From an uncultured Planctomycetales bacterium (GTDB lineage Bacteria; Omnitrophota; Gorgyraeia; Gygaellales; Profunditerraquicolaceae): a DNA stretch of 64,000 nucleotides. The notes beneath the pieces are model-generated. The model was given only the letters and a program-made list of their open reading frames with translations, was not told the origin of the DNA and did not search any database. Made by a program: the position numbers and the translations under genes. The DNA lies in contig CAYRUB010000004.1 of assembly GCA_964427405.1 (NCBI GenBank), positions 4,236 through 68,235 of the forward strand, in the 5' to 3' direction. Below are positions 19,201 through 26,097 of the stretch, in pieces (the stretch's first letter is position 1; every line of letters begins with the position of its first letter).

Positions 19201-22182
19201 AAACAACAAGAAAGCTTTCTCTTTAAAACCTTCATCTGCTCTGGATAAAGTTTCCCTTGCTACATCCTCTAAATATGACAAATCCTTAGCTATATCTTCC
19301 CCCGAGAAAACGGTCTCAATCGCAGAAGAGGAGAATTGAAGTCCCAATTTAGAATACACATCTTCCTTGATAGCATTCCAGTCTTCTAATGCTTTGCCTA
19401 ACCGAGAGAAATACTCCATAGTATTAACAAAATTTTTACGGTATTCAATAGGCAGGGTTTTTAAAACAGCCAGGACTTCCGGCTTGTTTAAAAACTGCGG
19501 CACAAAGAAAAATTTATAGCTTCCTTCCGAAGATGCCACAACTCCTTCTTTTTTTAGTCCGGGAATAACTTCTGTCTCTATGGCCTCTTTATCAAGTAAG
19601 GCATAAAAAGATGTTTGGTCTGCGATTTCCAGCAGGACTGACATGGCGTGGATTATTTTTCTTCTCTGCGGGTTAACTTTATTTAAAGCACCCAAATAAC
19701 CCAATTCTATACCTTCCTGACGAACGAGCCAATCAGACGTAGTTTTATCCGTTCCTAATTCCGCTTTTAATTTCAGATTATTGTATCCGTCGGTAACCAT
19801 ATTTATGATCTTTTCGAGATTTTCCAAATTCTCTAAATTATTAAGCAAGATATCCATCTGCTGTCGTATTTCCGCTGCCGCATTTTTATAGCCTACTTTT
19901 GGCTGTGCAATATCAGAAGCGTAATCTGTACGCAGGATCATCGCCTCAATCTCATTATATAAATCCTCCTGTCCTTCTCGGCCAAAAAGTTCATTTAGAT
20001 ATTTGCGGAATTCATTTTTTAAATCTTTCGAGATCTTTTCTTCATACGATGAAGGTATTTCTTTTTTAGCTGAACCCATGTATTTTCTTATACCCATTAG
20101 ATCCCGTATTTGGGCAATTGTTTCAGGAACATAAGCTGGTACACCTCTATCACCCTCAGGCATTCTAGAGTGGAAATCATGCAGCAATGCCGCCAAAACT
20201 CCGATATTAATATCCCGGGGAGCGGCTTCTTTCAAATTATTTAGAAAGAGTAGAAATGTGTATCCTACGCCTGCATTGTGACCTTGATTATGATAGAAAT
20301 CGAACAAAAGCCCTTTATGCGATTCATAAACTTTTTGCAACCAATCTAAAATCTCTCGAATTGGCATAGCGCCTGTATCAAGATTTTTCTGGATTTCACC
20401 AGGTATTTTCTCCACAGCTTCCCTGATCCCCGAATAAACCACCGGTGATGACGAGGAATCTACTCCTGCAAGTTGAATAATTCTTTCCCTATCTCCCTCT
20501 TTAGCATCTAGATAGGCAATCTTCACATTACCTTCCTGGTCGAACGTAACTGTTTTCATACTCTCCTTGTCATCCTTCTGCTCAAGCGGAACATCTATAC
20601 TTCGCTTTTTAAGAAAACCTTCTATATTTTCAAGCGTAATTAAATACGGGGCGGGACCATTTTTTTCCAGTTCTGCTAATAGTCCTTTTAGATTCTCGTC
20701 TTTTGTGGAAGAAATTATTGCCACTTTAACATTATCACCCGGCATATTTTGTAACATATTTTTTAAATAAGTTTCAAAATAGTACCTAACAAGATCCGGG
20801 TTGGAAAGGCCTCCTTGAATATGCCCGCTAGGAAGAAAATGCGCCATAAATCTGTTGCCATCTTTATCCATAGCCACAACGAGCAAACATACATTAAGAT
20901 CGGCTTTTAAGGTTTCTGTCCTGCCTTTTGGAAGAAATTGATTATCACCCCGGAATACATTTATAGATGCAACTGGTGAGCTGACGGACTCGGACTTAAT
21001 CGCGATCCCGGCAAATGGATTCTCTGTTGTGCCGCCTAATGCATTTATAGGACTGCTTGTATACGGTTTTGTTAAACTTAAGAATGGCCGATTGCTATTG
21101 ATCGGCGAGCTGGCTATATTTATTTTACTGAAATCCAACCCCCCGCTCATATAGCTTCTTATAACCTGCCCCTGAGGGGTGTAGACAGGTTCTTTAATAT
21201 TGTATTCGCCTTCTTTGAATGATTTCTGGTAAGCCTGAAAATAGTTGGTTTTAGACCATGGCTCTTTGGAGGTAAGCCCGGTTAAATTCTTTTTGTTTAT
21301 AAGATAACTGTAAAGCCCGGTCTTACCGTAAAACTTCTGCTTAAACCACTGCGCAAGGATAAGCGAATAGTAAACTTGCCTTAAAGGTGCATATCTTTTG
21401 GCGGTGTTTACATCTTTGGTTAATTTAGGAATAATGGTTTTTCTGATTAACTGGGAGGAATATTCATTAAGTTTTTTCAACCTTTCATCAGTGAAGCTGT
21501 ATACGCTTGAATCTTTCAGGTAATCCTGCTCCAACATTACTTTAAGGGTTGCTTTGTAGATATACGCATTATTGGCCGATTCTCTAATGATAATCTCACC
21601 CGGGACTATCCAAGGTCTGGTCAAGGTGGGGATGGTTATGGATTCTGTTCCAAAGAGCTCCTCGGCCTTTTTGTAGAGCTTATCCCAATAAACTCTACCC
21701 TCCGGAGTTTGGGGGGAGGTAGCCAGGCTAGTGTCTTTCTTAAGCTGAAGGTCTGCCTCAAGAAGGATTTTACCTACATCAGTCTGGGCCAAATATGGGT
21801 CTACGATATTATCCGGTGAATCAGGCCGAAGATTAACCCAAAAACTATCATTAGGCAAAGAGGTGCCAATAAAAAAGTAGTTTAAAAGCTCTTTGGTTGA
21901 ACTTTCCAAATTCTCCCCAGGGACAGCCCCCTTCTTGGACAGCCGCTGCTCTTTTTCAAAATCACCCTTATCCAAGAGCAGCTTAAAGTTGTTATTGATA
22001 TTGTCATAGGCAAGATATCTTAAGTGTAAAGGCCGGAATTTATTCTGGATGAGCACATTACGCAGCCCGGAAAAATAACCGGAGATATCCAGCTGTCCGG
22101 ATATTTGAGCAAATCCGGATTGCTCAAAGATAAGCAGGAAACAAAGTAAGAAATAAATTATTTTAGGAAATTTGCGTTTCAT
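13267..22182 (-). CDS. Giant (2971 aa) exported multi-module protein with repeated SSP linkers
   Basis: Uninterrupted 8.9-kb ORF; signal peptide; about 11 SSP/SSA linkers; enzyme-like motifs between the linkers (see findings). Confidence 0.9.
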   Translation of the reverse strand: MKRKFPKIIYFLLCFLLIFEQSGFAQISGQLDISGYFSGLRNVLIQNKFRPLHLRYLAYDNINNNFKLLLDKGDFEKEQRLSKKGAVPGENLESSTKELLNYFFIGTSLPNDSFWVNLRPDSPDNIVDPYLAQTDVGKILLEADLQLKKDTSLATSPQTPEGRVYWDKLYKKAEELFGTESITIPTLTRPWIVPGEIIIRESANNAYIYKATLKVMLEQDYLKDSSVYSFTDERLKKLNEYSSQLIRKTIIPKLTKDVNTAKRYAPLRQVYYSLILAQWFKQKFYGKTGLYSYLINKKNLTGLTSKEPWSKTNYFQAYQKSFKEGEYNIKEPVYTPQGQVIRSYMSGGLDFSKINIASSPINSNRPFLSLTKPYTSSPINALGGTTENPFAGIAIKSESVSSPVASINVFRGDNQFLPKGRTETLKADLNVCLLVVAMDKDGNRFMAHFLPSGHIQGGLSNPDLVRYYFETYLKNMLQNMPGDNVKVAIISSTKDENLKGLLAELEKNGPAPYLITLENIEGFLKKRSIDVPLEQKDDKESMKTVTFDQEGNVKIAYLDAKEGDRERIIQLAGVDSSSSPVVYSGIREAVEKIPGEIQKNLDTGAMPIREILDWLQKVYESHKGLLFDFYHNQGHNAGVGYTFLLFLNNLKEAAPRDINIGVLAALLHDFHSRMPEGDRGVPAYVPETIAQIRDLMGIRKYMGSAKKEIPSSYEEKISKDLKNEFRKYLNELFGREGQEDLYNEIEAMILRTDYASDIAQPKVGYKNAAAEIRQQMDILLNNLENLENLEKIINMVTDGYNNLKLKAELGTDKTTSDWLVRQEGIELGYLGALNKVNPQRRKIIHAMSVLLEIADQTSFYALLDKEAIETEVIPGLKKEGVVASSEGSYKFFFVPQFLNKPEVLAVLKTLPIEYRKNFVNTMEYFSRLGKALEDWNAIKEDVYSKLGLQFSSSAIETVFSGEDIAKDLSYLEDVARETLSRADEGFKEKAFLLFGTKLEEGYYIKRMIPVLKYLKQTHDYVGNDPAYITGLIDKYATGEIKLLGVLHTHPYDVTKITTKPGPSWQDRLGEDLLLPERSEKIIDMPLGVVIEAVVPKDISLEGLQDVIPDLNAYLYLPKDEAEIKTIDVFKVVNFKEWIGRGEVNPAGVSSSPIQQSVVSSPVAYFDADQGKAMDLLRNDEHAWIIFSDMLKLRLRNDYYGISIADIFIADAIRTTKEVLSRHGGIGFRLGERSDEVAMVLPGSLQREEVKNVLQDIQQEIEKEYLGYCIARLPDGMVNEIKGSNGIRMAQRTARVGRAGSQEYITTVFFIKDSGDINGRLTLDRMLEESGRIPGIGEVEEALPPYLSAGAARLQGKGIVKNRFESSLREAEIFQRVAKQAGQMVGVEGLNERPQIKEGARLDDTVFSKLKEYADEFNKSLQPLREFVKTRHGDNAAKQVRLDNGYAAFMRQNLFVILEYAMEKMKSSDSFIFAVRGPPDNFYIITSVKGKWQVTAVRQNILTAEGATFEANFLSIIEGSGRKLRAAGKFPFKVINDFDELGHYFGNQLIKLDNINLLDAFNDQMHRARESNGILDTQSISQALSNASKNISNLLSEKGFDFSVNFEAISVTSDDFTGEKSQSHAGIARATLGIIDKLNDSRKTVEVSANSVKFYNEYKDRWQEVENEIGSIAAKKAKNAEIGLKEMHRNISMPEEVLASSPVTNSKFVFSNSNELRTKFNTYLKNEGLDQYDNLKNLFSDETMEILINDRSAKPVFLQVLEKSDTESLKFRDLEPTRQLLGYQDIEKVKELISSYSALGIGSAKVADELAGNGKKVIVGITDRYTSEEFTLIPNYRVASNRRCYIPLPGGLFLSIKGSGQNSYSNRPAYYINDRKGKRVEGAVGMEEISELGGLGGASLKESGMSMDLGYLPINNKLIGLEDAKEENAALVFSLSLDYHRLSKLPQLIANNGIGFLCERISGALDAIGELDNVADKLHIKLSIGRILKPDQLMLVIMLNMGKAEGYKQNNGLYHETLHDQDVDFTGMTYDLEELIGTQSQEDHGGNEELYLGGISQRVKILLKMLNAKDTEFLFPRPLETLKVLFKGYFENLNEEYLNLLRNNQNALADILQPLSSQYNERWFSVLGKKNPEEVLAEISRLLKEELERRGKGVSLSLDRETQLASSPLTELRGAVQKLHNKKFHINGGEYVISIEKGDSIWDTNIVLRNKDNLEIGHFNLDTKRDAINNGGMLKVVEGEREKGFAVFILSKLKEVFPKNKELVTEIAHDESLKALKNNESISSVPIVRLFNTAGWELIDAGYYDSIGMYHGKDFAEQMRSDESKGEEGTVIARFKPKITQPYLPGFNYSNFASSSGEAASSPLEAIIALARAVFARDPQLVISELFKDYLSQRKKLLDLYNNVAEVAKKSAKKNFGVVLYPASGSDISAAVSFADTIVSIDNQDIFTVINNFNLYLDKEEALKEQINSYLEKKLKLGFHSSGIRQGFIEYLAELVLLGADLSTFKIVEDRSLGNSRVTTAEFSIVYDSGVKRKIRHTHITYTFDGQPLPGHIYSELKKVIGDRTDVLLLTKAGADLDGKKKWMAPISNILVPGTTIVSDSFLNITSAKKIDVPGEDIGNLGLSKINNYGYADKSDNLVFYEIPIAGSEIRGRSAMLENIKKRLEGMVLSGPDNKNEKYKLITNDLQLPGRLIIRTSLVRGKDGKTSLSPVLELEITKEGELKFAMFLNGTVFDGDDEISDLSDKGFGPAILSRVGEAVPTGTPLNIYVINRPTIDAMFNGKRLDLGKFKGTPMETLLSAMGFGRFSIEDNTGEGNVYGFTLKGVKVQPASSPVEYSDKGGIDFRALPIASQPILINQKINANTIPSIPLAELNSEWLQIENMLAAGITPSSERIKEYLQSCCQKQDFNQEIDKVLSCIADMLRLEEERVVSTDLSLKEMLMLLESGKSTNEMQLVLTQITVEAKEPRLMEQ

Positions 22183-22236
22183 TATTTTAAGCTTGTTTTT
22201 TAGTGACTTTAGCGGCTCATCGGCCTCAATAAGATA

Positions 22237-22264
22237 AGTATGCTATATAGGTAAGAGATTTCAA
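22237..22264 (-). promoter_or_regulatory. Putative promoter of the giant gene
   Basis: TTGAAA-N16-CATACT. Confidence 0.5.
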
Positions 22265-22316
22265 GGCTAAATAGGGTTGTTCGGGAAAGCGCTTTCTAAA
22301 AAACCTAGAAATGCCC

Positions 22317-22344
22317 TTGATTTTTATTTTTTATGTGGCATGCT
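22317..22344 (+). promoter_or_regulatory. Putative divergent promoter with no ORF downstream
   Basis: TTGATT-N16-CATGCT with an extended -10 TG; resembles the 6S promoter (TTGATT...ATGTGCTATACT). Confidence 0.35.
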
Positions 22345-22414
22345 TGAATTAATCTTTTTTGTTAACTTAAGTGGAGGACGGCGATAGCGAAAGCCATTGA
22401 GGATTATCCCCTCC

Positions 22415-22446
22415 AAAAAGGACCCTAGAAGTTAGGGCCCTTTTTG
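22415..22446. terminator. Intrinsic terminator, probably bidirectional; pairs best on the minus strand, ending the PPIase transcript
   Basis: AAAAA-GGACCCTA-gaagt-TAGGGCCC-TTTTT. Confidence 0.75.
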
Positions 22447-22473
22447 TTTATGGGGATATTTTAAGGCTGGGTT

Positions 22474-23013
22474 CTATTTTATATACGCCCGAATGATTTT
22501 TTGCTCGGTAACCGGCCGGTCTTCGGCATTAACCGGCGTATTTTCGATTTTTTGCACTACCTCTAAACCAGAAACAACCTCACCGAATATAGTATGGCGC
22601 ATATTCAGCCAGGGAGTCTTGGCGCAGGTGATAAAAAACTGGCTCCCGTTTGTGTTGGGCCCAGAATTAGCCATGGCTAAAATCCCCGGGCCGTCAAACT
22701 TAGCTACCGGACTAACTTCATCTTCAAAGGGTTTACCCCAAATTGACTCTCCTCCCATGCCGGTACCCGTAGGATCTCCGCCTTGAATCATAAAACCTTT
22801 GATTACGCGGTGAAAAATCAAGCCGTTGTAATACCCCTTCTCTGATAATTTAACAAAATTATCACACGCCTTAGGCGCAACATCAGCTTTTAATTTGATC
22901 TCGATATTTCCTTGATTAGTCTCTAAAACTACAGTCTTCTCCTCCATAGCAAAAATTCCTCCATAGCAATTAATCAAACACAGGGTTAATAAAACCACAA
23001 ACAGTTTCTTCAT
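22474..23013 (-). CDS. Cyclophilin-type peptidyl-prolyl isomerase with predicted signal peptide
   Basis: FHRVIKGFMIQGGDPTGTG, LAMANSGPNTNGSQFFIT, HTIFG. Confidence 0.95.
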   Translation of the reverse strand: MKKLFVVLLTLCLINCYGGIFAMEEKTVVLETNQGNIEIKLKADVAPKACDNFVKLSEKGYYNGLIFHRVIKGFMIQGGDPTGTGMGGESIWGKPFEDEVSPVAKFDGPGILAMANSGPNTNGSQFFITCAKTPWLNMRHTIFGEVVSGLEVVQKIENTPVNAEDRPVTEQKIIRAYIK

Positions 23014-23016
23014 ACC

Positions 23017-26000
23017 TTACTCTCCTTTTTGTTTTTGCCTTTCCAGAAGGATCTTCTGGGCGACTTCACCGGGAACCTGGGTATATTTATCAAACTCCAT
23101 AGTAGCATTGGCCCGGCCGCTGGAAAGCGAACGGAAATTAGTAGCATATCCGAACATCTCTGCTAAGGGGGCCTCGGCTGAAATAACCTTTTGGTTGGCC
23201 TTGGCATCGATGTTCAATATTTTCCCGCGGTGTGAACATATAAATCCTACACAACCATTTACATACTCCTCAGGGGTTGAAACCTCCAGTTTCATGCTGG
23301 GCTCAAGAAACACCGGGCTGCCTTTCATAAACGCGTCTTTAAATCCAAATATCGCTGCCATCCTAAAGGCAATTTCTGATGAATCCACCTCGTGGTATGA
23401 ACCATCAACCAGTTCTACTTTCACATCCACAACCGGATAGCCGCCGTAAGCTCCTTTTTGCATGGCTTCAATTACCCCTTTTTCAACCGCCGGGATAAAT
23501 GAACGCGGGATCGCGCCTCCCTTAATACTGTCAATAAACTCAAACCCTTCTCCGCTTTTATTAGGAGCGATCTCTAAAACTACATGGCCATATTGACCGC
23601 GGCCTCCGGATTGTTTTATATATTTACTCTCTGCGCTAGCCGGCTTTAAAATAGTTTCACGGTAAGCAACCTTTGGTTGACCCACGATCGCCACAACCCC
23701 AAATTCCTCTTTTAATCTATCCACGATAATCTCTAAATGTAGCTCACCCATTCCCGTAAGAATAACCTCTTTGGTCTCCTCATCAGTTTCTACCTTAAAA
23801 GTGGGGTCTTCTTCTGTGAGTTTAGCCAACCCCTTACCCAGCTTATCCTGATCATCCCGGCTCTTCGGAACAATACTTAGAGATATTACTGGCGTGGGAA
23901 ATTTTATCGCTTCTAAAATTACGGGGTTATCCACATCACAAAGCGTGTCTCCGGTTATTGTATTAGCTAACCCCGGTACAGCCACAATATCTCCGGCAAA
24001 AGCATAATCAATGTTTTCACGCTGATTGGCATGCATCTGCACAATGCGGCCGATTCTCTCTTTTTTATTCTTCAATGTATTAAGAATATACGTGCCGGTT
24101 GATAAAATTCCTGAATACACCCGCACATATACAAGTTTACCCATGTGTTGGTCAGCCTGTACCTTAAAAGCCAGGCCGCAAAACGGTTCCTTGATATCCG
24201 CCTTGCGCAGCAATTTCTTCTCCGGGTCATTTACATCGCTTCCTTCAACCGGAGGCAAATCAAGCGGTGAAGGCAGGAAGGCAACAATAGTATCTAATAA
24301 TTTCTGTACCCCTTTATTTTTAAAAGATGCGCCGCAGGTAACCGGAACCATTTTATTAGCAATAGTCCCTTGGCGGATAGCCTGATACAATTCAGCTTGG
24401 GTAATTGAATCTTCTGCTTCCAGAAATTTCTTCATGAGATTCTCATCCAAACCAACTGCGCGTTCAACTAGAATATGCCGGTATTTGGTCGCCTGTTCTT
24501 TATATTCAGCTGGAATTTCACTCACAGTAAATTCTTTACCCAAAGATGCTTCATCATAGATATAAGCCTTCATCTCAATTAAATCAACCACTCCGCGGAA
24601 TTTATCTTCACTGCCTATAGGTATCTCTAAAGGAATGGCATTGGCACCTAAATCCTTTTCAATCCCGCTTAATACGCTAAAAAAATCTGCTCCGGTACGA
24701 TCCATCTTATTTATAAAAGCAATTTTAGGAACATGATATTTATCAGACTGCCTCCATACTGTTTCTGACTGCGGCTCTACACCGCCAACGGCACAAAATA
24801 CCGCGACAGCCCCGTCCAGAACGCGCAAAGAACGCTCTACCTCAACCGTAAAATCAACATGGCCGGGGGTATCGATAATATTAATCCGGTGATCTTTCCA
24901 AAAACAGGTAGTGGCTGCAGCAGTAATTGTAATACCACGCTCCTGCTCCTGTTTCATCCAATCCATGGTTGCCGCGCCATCATGCACCTCGCCGATCTTA
25001 TACGACTTTCCAGTATAAAAAAGTATCCTTTCAGTAGTAGTGGTTTTTCCGGCATCAATATGCGCCATGATCCCGATATTTCTTACCTTGTCCAAACTTA
25101 TACGCGGGGTTGCCTGCGATTTTACCTTAGGCTCATCCGCCTTTTGCTCGACTATTGCGGGGACATCTTCAGCTTCTTCTTTGGGGGGTTCTGCTAATTT
25201 TTGCTCAACCACGACCGGAATTTCCTCTTTTGAGGCCTCTTCTACCTTATGGCCTGCTTCTACCGGTGGTTCTTTTTGCGGGACCTCTTCCTTTTTCGGT
25301 TCTTCTGTTATTTCTATCTTATCTAATACAACTTCAGCATCCTTTTGTTTAATTTCTTCCACAGGAGATTCTTTTACTTTTACCCCCTGACGAAGATGCG
25401 CAATCTCTTCAGCAAAACTCTTTAATCTTTCCTGGTTGGCCTCCAAATCCTTTTCTAGCTGAGTATATTCTTCATTCAATTTATTAAACTCTGACTTGGG
25501 AATCCACTCGCTAATTTTCTCTTTACGCTTAAACTCAGCAATAATAGCTGAATATTCATTAATATCCTTAAGTTGCTTTTCAATCTGATGCTTTTGTATC
25601 TGCACCTGCTCTTCCTTAAGTTTAACCTCTGCGTCTTTTGCCTCTAAAGAAGCTCTGGCTTCACGGATCTCCCGTGACAAATTTACATTTTTAGCAAACT
25701 CCCCCTGTAATTCATTCTCCTTGGCAATAAATCTATTCCTTAAATCCAGGTTCTCCGGTTTTATCTTGGATAACTCTGCTTCCGCTCTGGCTACCCACTC
25801 CTCCCTGCGTTTCAACTCGTCGGAGAAATTAGCTTCTTTTTCTTTAGCTGCCGTAAATTCGGATTTTTCTTTTTCATGTACAATCTTAATCTGGCTTAAT
25901 TCTTCCTCTAACTCGGAGACTTGTTTTTGCAGTCGCTGTATTTTTTGTTCCTTGCCCGGATCATCTGATAAAGTTGACTTTTTATCGCTTTTCTTAGGCT

Positions 26001-26091
26001 GTACCTCTCCGGGTGTACTAAATACCCCAAAGACAGCATAGATAACCATGCCTACACCTAAAACCGCCAATATTAGCATTACCGACGTCAT
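23017..26091 (-). CDS. fusA: Elongation factor G fused to an N-terminal TM helix, coiled coil and acidic linker
   Basis: EF-G from ~aa 330: [43 protein letters not shown]. aa 1-23 are hydrophobic. Confidence 0.9.
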   Translation of the reverse strand: MTSVMLILAVLGVGMVIYAVFGVFSTPGEVQPKKSDKKSTLSDDPGKEQKIQRLQKQVSELEEELSQIKIVHEKEKSEFTAAKEKEANFSDELKRREEWVARAEAELSKIKPENLDLRNRFIAKENELQGEFAKNVNLSREIREARASLEAKDAEVKLKEEQVQIQKHQIEKQLKDINEYSAIIAEFKRKEKISEWIPKSEFNKLNEEYTQLEKDLEANQERLKSFAEEIAHLRQGVKVKESPVEEIKQKDAEVVLDKIEITEEPKKEEVPQKEPPVEAGHKVEEASKEEIPVVVEQKLAEPPKEEAEDVPAIVEQKADEPKVKSQATPRISLDKVRNIGIMAHIDAGKTTTTERILFYTGKSYKIGEVHDGAATMDWMKQEQERGITITAAATTCFWKDHRINIIDTPGHVDFTVEVERSLRVLDGAVAVFCAVGGVEPQSETVWRQSDKYHVPKIAFINKMDRTGADFFSVLSGIEKDLGANAIPLEIPIGSEDKFRGVVDLIEMKAYIYDEASLGKEFTVSEIPAEYKEQATKYRHILVERAVGLDENLMKKFLEAEDSITQAELYQAIRQGTIANKMVPVTCGASFKNKGVQKLLDTIVAFLPSPLDLPPVEGSDVNDPEKKLLRKADIKEPFCGLAFKVQADQHMGKLVYVRVYSGILSTGTYILNTLKNKKERIGRIVQMHANQRENIDYAFAGDIVAVPGLANTITGDTLCDVDNPVILEAIKFPTPVISLSIVPKSRDDQDKLGKGLAKLTEEDPTFKVETDEETKEVILTGMGELHLEIIVDRLKEEFGVVAIVGQPKVAYRETILKPASAESKYIKQSGGRGQYGHVVLEIAPNKSGEGFEFIDSIKGGAIPRSFIPAVEKGVIEAMQKGAYGGYPVVDVKVELVDGSYHEVDSSEIAFRMAAIFGFKDAFMKGSPVFLEPSMKLEVSTPEEYVNGCVGFICSHRGKILNIDAKANQKVISAEAPLAEMFGYATNFRSLSSGRANATMEFDKYTQVPGEVAQKILLERQKQKGE

Positions 26092-26097
26092 CTTTAC

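Noticed and set aside
13267-22182. Prophage, transposon or intein explanation for the giant ORF
   Set aside because: I saw no integrase, transposase or phage structural motifs, and no intein C1...HN-C/S/T junction motifs at the module boundaries.
22373-22414. Fluoride or c-di-GMP riboswitch
   Set aside because: GGCGAT...GCC and the GAAA loop are only superficial matches. The conserved 3' elements are missing and no gene follows on that strand.
25080-25130. Independent internal start for a normal EF-G
   Set aside because: There is no ATG or GTG at the expected position, and the nearby TTG lacks an SD. This cannot be fully excluded without proteomics.
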